Source of the DNA: Macrostomum lignano
Taxonomy: Eukaryota
Assembly: GCA_002269645.1 (NCBI GenBank)
Contig: NIVC01003817.1
Coordinates: forward strand, 1-33,718
Reading direction: 5' to 3'
Length of the DNA: 33,718 bases
The first letter of the stretch is position 1, and each line of letters starts with the position of its first letter. Shown here piece after piece: positions 21,508 through 29,687 of this stretch. The position numbers and the translations under genes are program-made. The notes beneath the pieces are model-generated. The model worked only from the letters and a program-made list of their open reading frames with translations. It was not told the DNA's origin and did no database searches.

Positions 21508-24500
21508 TTACTCAGCCACTCTCACCTGCTTCCAAGGCTTTGGTTCGTTTGGATCCCGCAGGTAGGCACCAGCAGCGAGCTCTGACAGCGAGACCAGCAC
21601 CGCGGGAGTGGTGACCAGGCTCTCCGGCAGCCTGCAGGCGATGGGGCGCGATTTAGGGCGAGAACTGTGTGAGACTGACATGAGAACTGTGTGAGACTGA
21701 CATGAGAACTGTGTGAGACTGACATGAGAACTGCGTGAGACTGACATGAGAACTGTGTGAGACTGACATGAGAACTGCGTGAGACTGACATGAGAACTGC
21801 GTGAGACTGACATGAGAACTGTGTGAGACTGACATGAGAACTCATGCCTTACCCAAGCAGCCGCTCAACGATGGCCCGGGCGCAGCAGACAGCAAAGACG
21901 GACTCGGCGTGGGTGAGCTTGTAGAACTGCTGGCGCGAGGCCGGCCCGAGACAGGCGGACAGCTCCTTCTGCTGGCCGTTGTACATGAAGGCCAGCGTCT
22001 GAGGGGATTCGGGAATTGCTAATAGCGCTGAAGGCCTGGCAGCCCCGCCGCAGGCAGCCCGCGACTCACCTTGACATCCTCCATGCTGGCATTCACGGGC
22101 AGCAGGCTCAAGAATGCCGGGTGCCGCGGCAGCGGGTTCAGGCAGAACAGCAGCACCGGGGCCGACCGGCTCCGCCTACGGCACAGCGCCAGGTACAACA
22201 GGCTGGTGAGCCGGGCGGACGTCAGGAACACCGGCGACAGAAACAGCGCCACCACGCTGGCCTGATCGAGTGAGAGGGTTGAAGGCTTGCAGGCTCACCT
22301 GCCACCTCACCTGCTTCATTAATCTCAGTCTCACCTGCTGCATCACTCCCAGTCTCACCTGCTGCATCACTCCCAGTCTCACCTGCTGCATCACTCCCAG
22401 TCTCACCTGCTGCATCACTCCCAGTCTGTCTCACTTGCTGCATCACTCCCAGTCTGTCTCACTTGCTGCATCACTCCCAGTCTCACTTGCTGCATCACTC
22501 CCAGTCTCACCTGCCTCGTCACTCCCAGTCTGTCTCACTTGCTGCATCACTCCCAGTCTCACCTGCTGCATCACTCCCAGTCTCACCTGCCTCATCACTC
22601 CCAGTCTGTCTCACTTGCTGCATCACTCCCAGTCTCACCTGCTGCATCACTCCCAGTCTCACCTGCCTTATCACTCCCAGTCTGTCTCACTTGCTGCATC
22701 ACTTCCAGTCTCACCTGCTGCATCACTCCCAGTCTCACCTGCTGCATCACTCCCAGTCCTACCTGCTCCATCGCCTCCATATCGTCATGCGCCTGTTCGG
22801 AGTCCAGACAGCGCACCTGCAGGTCGGTCGCGAATTCCTTGGCTTGAAGTCGGACGGCCTCAACCAGCGGCTCGCGCTCATCGGGGTGGCAGACCAGGGC
22901 CGCGTGGCAGATGTCCACAACTGGCAGGGGCCTCTCAGCAGCTGCAGCCGCCGCGGCCTTCACGAAAGCGCCCAGGCTGGCTGAGCTGAGCAGCGGCGGT
23001 TTTGCATTCAGCAGCGACTGGCGCAGCTTGTCGGTCTGGGACATCAGGGTGGAGAGTTCCTGGCGGCGGGTGCGGGAGACACTGGTGCATCGCCCGACAC
23101 TCGGAGACAGTTTTCAAAACATATGACCGAATTCGGAGAAAATTTACAATGCATCAAGTAATTTTGACGCGACACTTCCAAGAACGATCACGTGACATTC
23201 TGAAACAGATCACGTGACACTCTGAAACAGATCACGTGACAATCTGAAACAGATCACGTGACAATCTGAAACAGATCACGTGACAATCTGAAACAGATCA
23301 TGTGACACTCTGAAACAGATCGCGTGACACTCTGAAACAGATCATGTGACACTCTGAAGCAGATCACGTGACACTCTGAAACAGATCATGTGACACTCTG
23401 AAACAGATCACGTGACAATCTGAAACAGATCATGTGACACTCTGAAACAGATCGCGTGACACTCTGAAACAGATCACGTGACACTCTGAAACGGATCGCG
23501 TAACTTTCTGAAACAGAAACTCACGTGGCAATCCGGAAACAGCTGTTCTCTGAGATGCGCCGCCTTCTTGTCCCCGGACTTGGCCGTCAGCACCTTAGCA
23601 ACGGAGACGGCCACCCGCTTGACGCACTGCTCCCTGGAGCCGGTGGCGTCCAGCCAGCGGGCCACGGACTGCAGCGCAGGAGGGCAGGCGGGCCCCAGGC
23701 GCTCCAGGCAGACGGGCAGCAGCAGGGCTTGGTGCCGGTCGCAGCGGTGCAGCATGGAGGCGATTGTGAACTCCTCCAGACAGACGGCCGACTTGGCGTA
23801 GTCCGGCGTCAAGAAGGCGACGATGAGACGGCTGCCGCTAATGGCAGAGTAGATGGTCTCCATCCAGGAGTAGCCCGTCTGGATGCCCTGCTTGTCAAAG
23901 AAGATACGCAGCGCGGGGCAGGCGAGCCGCAGGTGGGTGAGGAACGGCTCCACGGCGGCCGAGTTGCGGTGGCAGTAGGAGATGAAGATGTCGTAGCCGC
24001 TGCCGCCGCCGGCCACCGCGGCCGGTCCCAGAGCCGGCTCGGCCTGCTTGGAGACACCTGTTGGATGCGGTTAAAACACGCAAACTCAAACTGGGCCGCT
24101 TCACTCACCCACCTGGCCGCTTCACTCACCCACCTGGCCGCTTCACTCACCCACCTGGCCGCTTCACTCACCCACCTGGCCGCTTCACTCACCCACCTGG
24201 CCGCTTCACTCACCCACCTGGCCGCTTCACTCACCCACCTGGCCGCTTCACTCACCCACCTGGCCGCTTCACTCACCCACCTGGCCGCTTCACTCACCCA
24301 CCTGGCCACTTCACTCACCCACCTGGCCACTTCACTCACCCACCTGGCCACTTCACTTACCCAACGCAAGCTGCTCCAGCCTGCCGCCGATCTCCCCGAT
24401 GGCGGCCTGCAGTTTGTCGCAGCCGGGCTGGTCTGTCGGTTTGGGCCGGCAGTCAATCCACTGGATGAGCGACATGTACGTAGGCGGGCTCGCCAGCCGC

Positions 24501-26977
24501 TCCAGGCAGACGGGCAGGAAGGGATGCCACCGCGTGTGCGCCAGGCACATCGCCACGTTGAAATCCTCGACGCAGGCCCGGGTGGCCAGGAAGGCCTGCG
24601 ACAGCAGACAGACCACCAGACGGCTGCCCAGCATGTCGGAGCGCCGGGCGTCGATTGCTGACGTCGCAGCCGCCGCTTTGCTGCCTTCAGCAGCCTCATC
24701 GCCCGACGAGCTGCTGCTGCTGTCGTCACTGTGCACCACCTTGCGGCAGCGCAGGCTTTTCTGGTTGGCCTTCAGACTGCGGGTGGTCCGCTCCAGGAAC
24801 TGCAGGTCCTTCTCGCTGCAGACCACTAGCAGGTCCGCCTCAATGGGGACCGGCTGAGGGTTGGGGCAATTGGACAAGGACTTCTGGATCTTTTATCTGG
24901 AGTGGAAACTGGCCATTTTCATGCACCATAAGACTGGCTGGCTGGCTGTAGGCTAGGGAGATCGGGAAGGCAGTTCTAGAGCTTCGGTAAAGATAGTAAG
25001 AAATAAATTCTCTCAGATGTAAATTAGGAAGGGTTCCAGTCCACTCCAGCTTGCTCTGCCTAGAACTCCTCGACCCAAACACTGACGGTTCCACAGTCCA
25101 CTCCAGCCTGCTCTACCTAGAACTCCTTGACCCAAACACTGACGGTTCCACAGTCCACTCCAGCTTGCTCTACCTAGAACTCCTTGACCCAAACACTGAC
25201 GGTTCCACAGTCCACTCCAGCTTGCTCTGCCTAGAACTCCTTGACCCAAACACTGACGGTTCCACAGTCCACTCCAGCTTGCTCTACCTAGAACTCCTTG
25301 ACCCAAACACTGACGGTTCCACAGTCCACTCCAGCTTGCTCTGCCTAGAACTCCTTGACCCAAACACTGACGGTTCCACAGTCCACTCCAGCTTGCTCTG
25401 CCTAGAACTCCTCAACCCAAACACTGACGTCCGGTGCTCACGTCCGGCTTTCTGTGCCGACTCTCGAAGGCGTGCTTGAGCCGCTGGAACTCTTGGACGG
25501 CCCGCCTGTCGTCCTCGGCGAGGCTCTCCACGGCCAGCTTGGAGGTGTAGATGACCAGAGTGTAGCGCCGCATGGGCAGGCCGATGCTGATCCACGTGTG
25601 CCAGGCCGTTACCAGCGCGTGCATGATGCGCGACTTGGAGGCCCGCTGGCAGCCCGTGGCCAGCAGCGGGCTGATGACGCTCATGTTGTCGGCGAACACC
25701 GTGAACATGGCACGGAAGATCTCGCCTACCGCCTTCTCGGGACTGCGCTCTCTGTTGGCCACCACCTGCTGCTCGAAGCAGAGCAGCCGCCTGTTGGTGG
25801 TGAGTGGGAGCCAGTCAGTCAGTGTGACAGCAGCCAGTCAGTGTGACAGCAGCCAGTCAGTGTGACAGCAGCCGGTCAGTGTCTGAAAGCAGCCAGTCAG
25901 TGTGACAGCAGCCAGTCAGTGTGACAGCAGCCAGTCAGTGTGACAGCAGCCGGTCAGTGTCTGAAAGCAGCCAGTCAGTGTGACAGCAGCCAGTCAGTGT
26001 AACAGAAGCCAGTCAGTGTCTGACAGCCAGTCAGTCTGACGCAAAGTGCTCTTATTCGCAAGCGCAGGTCTGCCTTACTTGTACGGCAGATCAGAAGGCA
26101 GCGGCTTGGAGATCCAGCAGTTGAAGTTTTTCCGCAAGTCCTCGGCCTTTTCCCTGGCCAGGTCCCGCACGCTCAGGTTGAACTGGCGCTTCAGGGCGCC
26201 GATAACGGTTGACGGGACTGCTGAGTAGTCGGCTGAAGCGAGGGTCGCGTGAGCTTCAGATCATAGGAATTTAATTAACGGTAGAACAACAAACTGGAGC
26301 AGCCCCGTGACAGCTCAAAATCAATCTCAAAAAATTGTCATGCAAAGATTTTTTCGACCAGTTCAAACTAATCGGCACATATTGCAACACTTGCAAGCAG
26401 AGTTAATCTATTGTAGCTATGCTAGCAGGCTTGGGCACTGCCGCAGATCACGGCGGCAGCAGACCTGCAACACATGAAATCGAGCCCAAGGTGTTTTGGT
26501 GTGATGAGCCAGATGCGTTACCGCTGAGCCACTTTGCGTGCTGAGCCACTCTGCGTGCTGAGCCACTCTGCGTGCTGAGCCACTCTGCGTGCTGAGCCAC
26601 TCTGCGTGCGGAGCCACTCTGCGTGCTGAGCCACTCTGCGTGCGGAGCCACTCTGCGTGCTGAGCCACTCTGCGTGCGGAGCCACTCTGCGTGCTGAGCC
26701 ACTCTGCGTGCTGAGCCACTCTGCGTGCTGAGCCACTCTGCCCCTACTGTGCTGAGCTACTCTGCCCCTACTGTGCTTCCTTATACTTTAACACTGCTAG
26801 CCTGATCTCAATTCACAACCCATAAGTTTGCTCACCAGAGAAGGCCGAGATCATGATGACATCATAAGGCTCCCCACCAGGCTCAATCTTGGTGATGTCT
26901 CCCAGACAAAGCTGCATCTCAGCCTGCTGGACTCTGCTGGGCGAGTCCACCTGAATTTGGGACACCTGACGCAGCAT
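21508..26977 (-). CDS. Macro-like domain + three TIR domains protein, at least 9 exons, about 804-809 aa
   Basis: Exons (minus): 26977-26836, 26232-26079, 25790-25442, 24853-24361, 24057-23525, 23059-22763 (acceptor less certain), 22261-22070, 21998-21853, 21631-21526. The last exon is followed by a GT donor or reads through VRVAE* to 21508. All junctions are GT-AG with matching phases 1,2,0,1,0,0,0,2, and there are no internal stops. Macro-like: LCLGDIT..DVIMISAF..SPLLATG. TIR2: YDIFISYCH..IFFDKQGIQTG..SRLIVAFLTPDYAKSAVCLEEF. TIR1 and TIR3 are degenerate copies. Confidence 0.88.
21661..21843. repeat. 22-bp minisatellite (GAGAACTGTGTGAGACTGACAT), intron 8 of Macro-TIR gene
   Basis: About 8 copies. 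Confidence 0.93.
22305..22765. repeat. 24/28-bp minisatellite (TCACTCCCAGTCTCACCTGCTGCA), intron 6 of Macro-TIR gene
   Basis: About 17 copies; on the gene strand each unit contains CAG|GTGAGA or a close variant. Confidence 0.93.
23188..23525. repeat. 22-bp minisatellite (CACGTGACACTCTGAAACAGAT), intron 5 of Macro-TIR gene
   Basis: About 15 copies; CACGTG with CATGTG and CGCGTG variants. Confidence 0.93.
24090..24360. repeat. 21-bp minisatellite (CTGGCCGCTTCACTCACCCAC), intron 4 of Macro-TIR gene
   Basis: About 13 copies. Confidence 0.95.
25036..25430. repeat. 57-bp minisatellite, intron 3 of Macro-TIR gene
   Basis: 7 copies; the period matches the 19-aa repeat in ORF 25051..25479. Confidence 0.95.
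25810..26040. repeat. 19-bp minisatellite (AGTGTGACAGCAGCCAGTC), intron 2 of Macro-TIR gene
   Basis: About 12 copies. Confidence 0.92.
26523..26775. repeat. 17-bp minisatellite (CTGAGCCACTCTGCGTG), intron 1 of Macro-TIR gene
   Basis: About 13-14 copies. Confidence 0.93.
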
Positions 26978-27318
26978 TTTAATCAGGTGCACTGAAGTAA
27001 TTAATGCAATGGGTATAGGCAGTAGGCAAAGTAATATATTATTCTGCATTATTAAAACCTAGCCAACTAAGGTCAAAACTTCAAGCTAGAACAATTATAT
27101 AGTTACTTGAGCAGAGCAAAGTATTAATACAAGCTACTATTGGTCTTGCTACAAGCTACTATCAAAATTAGCTATCTAGATATAGTCTCCAGTGCATTTA
27201 AAGCTGCAATTACCTAGTCACTAGTGATTAGGGAAACATTCTGTAGATAAATACTTCAACTAGCAAGCCATATCATCCATATGGAGGCCTATTGCCCTCA
27301 ACTAGTATATAAGATATT

Positions 27319-28654
27319 CAGTGCTGGGCAAAGTTCCAGCACTTCTGGCACTTTTAGTACCAGAAGTTACTTTTTTTAAAATGGCACTTTTTTCCAGTTC
27401 TTTTTTTCAGAATGCCGGACTAGGGTAACGGAAGTTACTTTTTGATAAGTCCAGTCCTCTGGCACTTTAAAATGAAATTTTAGCTGCCAAACAGCCAATT
27501 TAGCACTAAATATTTCCCAAAAGTGCAAAACTTTGACCAAAATACTCATAGTACAATTATAAAATAAAAAGGTAAAAAAGAAATGATCCTAGTTTGTGTG
27601 GTTTTTATCTTTTCAGTTAAAGCACATTTTAAGCATTCTAAAATCATAGAATTAAGTAATTATTGGTAACTACTAATGCTGAAACAAGACACTTCCAAAA
27701 CAATAAACGTCCTTTAACAACAGATTTCGATCTAACAAGGATAACTAGCAGTATATGAGGATACTACACACATGATTTGTAGAAAATCTTTTGAAGGCCA
27801 ATTTCTTTATTTTCAATGTTCATACAGGACGACACAAATGATGCATTCTAAAAATGATGCATTTAAAGAGCATTTTGACTTTTAACTCTTATGAGGCTAA
27901 TTATAATTTTCTGATTGCAGCATATGGCACACTAATCAAGTTATTTTAAATCTTGTGCATTGGTCCATCTATCAAATTCCATCCATTTGTTGTCTTGGTA
28001 TCTTTTTTCTTAATTGTTAACTGGCATTTCCAAGGCTGCCAGAAGATTATCATTGATTCTAAATGAGTCAGCTATGCAAAAGTACACTTACACTACTATA
28101 AAAGTATAGCTGTTTTAAAACTACAGCACAATACTAGTATAGGGACAAGATGACCCACAAAAACTAAAAGTCATCTGAAGAAATATTCTGCTCATTGTGA
28201 TATACCTATTCTATTGGACAAAAATTATCTTCATTCATACTTCTGAAAAGTCAGAATCAACATTTGAAAATCAGCCTCCAAATTTTTTTCTACAAATCGC
28301 AAGTGTAGCATCTTGATATATCAGAATCAGATGCTACTAATCCTTGTTTTGTAAAGGTTTTGTTTATCCACTCAAATTTTGGATACAATAAAAAAATATT
28401 ATGTAGCATCTTTTTTGAGGAATAACAGCATGTCTTGACCAACAAATAATTTTTGCTTTGTTCACAAAGACATGTTTGAGCACTTGTTAATTGGCTGTTC
28501 TTTAAAATAAAGGACTGGTAGTGGTAACAAAAGTACTGGAGGTTACTTTTTATAAAAAGTACTAGTAAGTATTGGAACAAGTGCCAAAAGTTACTTTCCT
28601 TGGAACCGGAAATTACTTAACCAGAACTTTTTCAAAGTAACTTGCCCAACACTG
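27319..28654. mobile_element. Non-autonomous hAT-type DNA transposon (1336 bp)
   Basis: Left end CAGTGCTGGGCAAAGTT; right end reverse-complements to CAGTGTTGGGCAAGTT. Perfect 8-bp TSD AAGATATT (27311-27318 and 28655-28662). Subterminal AAGTTACT/AAGTAC motifs; AT-rich interior with no transposase. Confidence 0.9.
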
Positions 28655-29687
28655 AAGATATTCTATTAATCCCAATTCAAGGCCCTTAGTATTACTAATG
28701 TTGTGCTAAGAAAGCTAATTTGATTACTACATAAATTTTATTACTATTCCCCAATAATTTACCTTGTTATTGTTACAACATAGGTTACATAGCTTTACAA
28801 GCCATATTTTGCTTTGAAATTAATTTTTTTTTCTTATTGGCTTAGACTTTAATGTCCTTTCTTTCTTTTAAAATTCTCTCTTTCTCTTTCTTTTTCTTTC
28901 TAAAAGATACATGTAGGAAATACAAATAACAAAGAATCATAATTTTCTAAATGAAAAGCTTTATGAGTAGAACTATGAGATGAGTAAGTCAATAGAACTT
29001 AAAGAATACATATTAAAAGTTAAACACTGGGTCTGCCTCCTATCTAAATCAACAAATTTTGTGCTGAAAATGAAAATCATAGGGCCTATATTTCCGTAAT
29101 GTATTTTTCAGTAAAATCAGCCTCCTAAGATTTCTAGAAACCTAGTTTCCCGTCTTTTTACTTATGTGAGTAGTCCTTGGTCCTGTCATAGGACAGGAAG
29201 CACTGACAGATCAATCAACCAACAATAAACAAATAACAGTCAGATCTTGAAGCCAGCCGTTGAAGATTCCGTGAAAGTTAGAACAAATCAAGCTTACTAT
29301 TTAAAAAACGATATGAAGCAAAGCAATATTATTAAAATAAATAGGCGTGCTCTCTTTATTTTTTTTTGTTTTCTACTTAGCCTAAATGTATTTTTTGTTA
29401 TACGGTTTAAATGATTGGTTGCTAGTATTTGATTTCAATACTTTTTAGTATTTCGGTAGCAGAGATAGTAAGCAGACTTTTAAGTATATGAGGTAATGAT
29501 AACTCGAAAGTCATAAATACGCTTAATATTCATTATTCCTCAGGTGTTCTAGCACATTTTTTCATCCTGAGATTGTTAAGAAAGCAATCTGGATAGCTGT
29601 AATCTGGAAAGCTAGTGTTTAATTAAAAAAGTTAGAATCTAGACATTTATAATACTTGCACTTTATAACTAGTTCCACGGAAACCAA

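Noticed and set aside
21508-26977. Bacterial contamination or a true Thoeris operon
   Set aside because: Eight spliceosomal introns with consistent phases, host-type minisatellites and flanking animal genes. It is one eukaryotic gene, and the Thoeris link is an analogy only.
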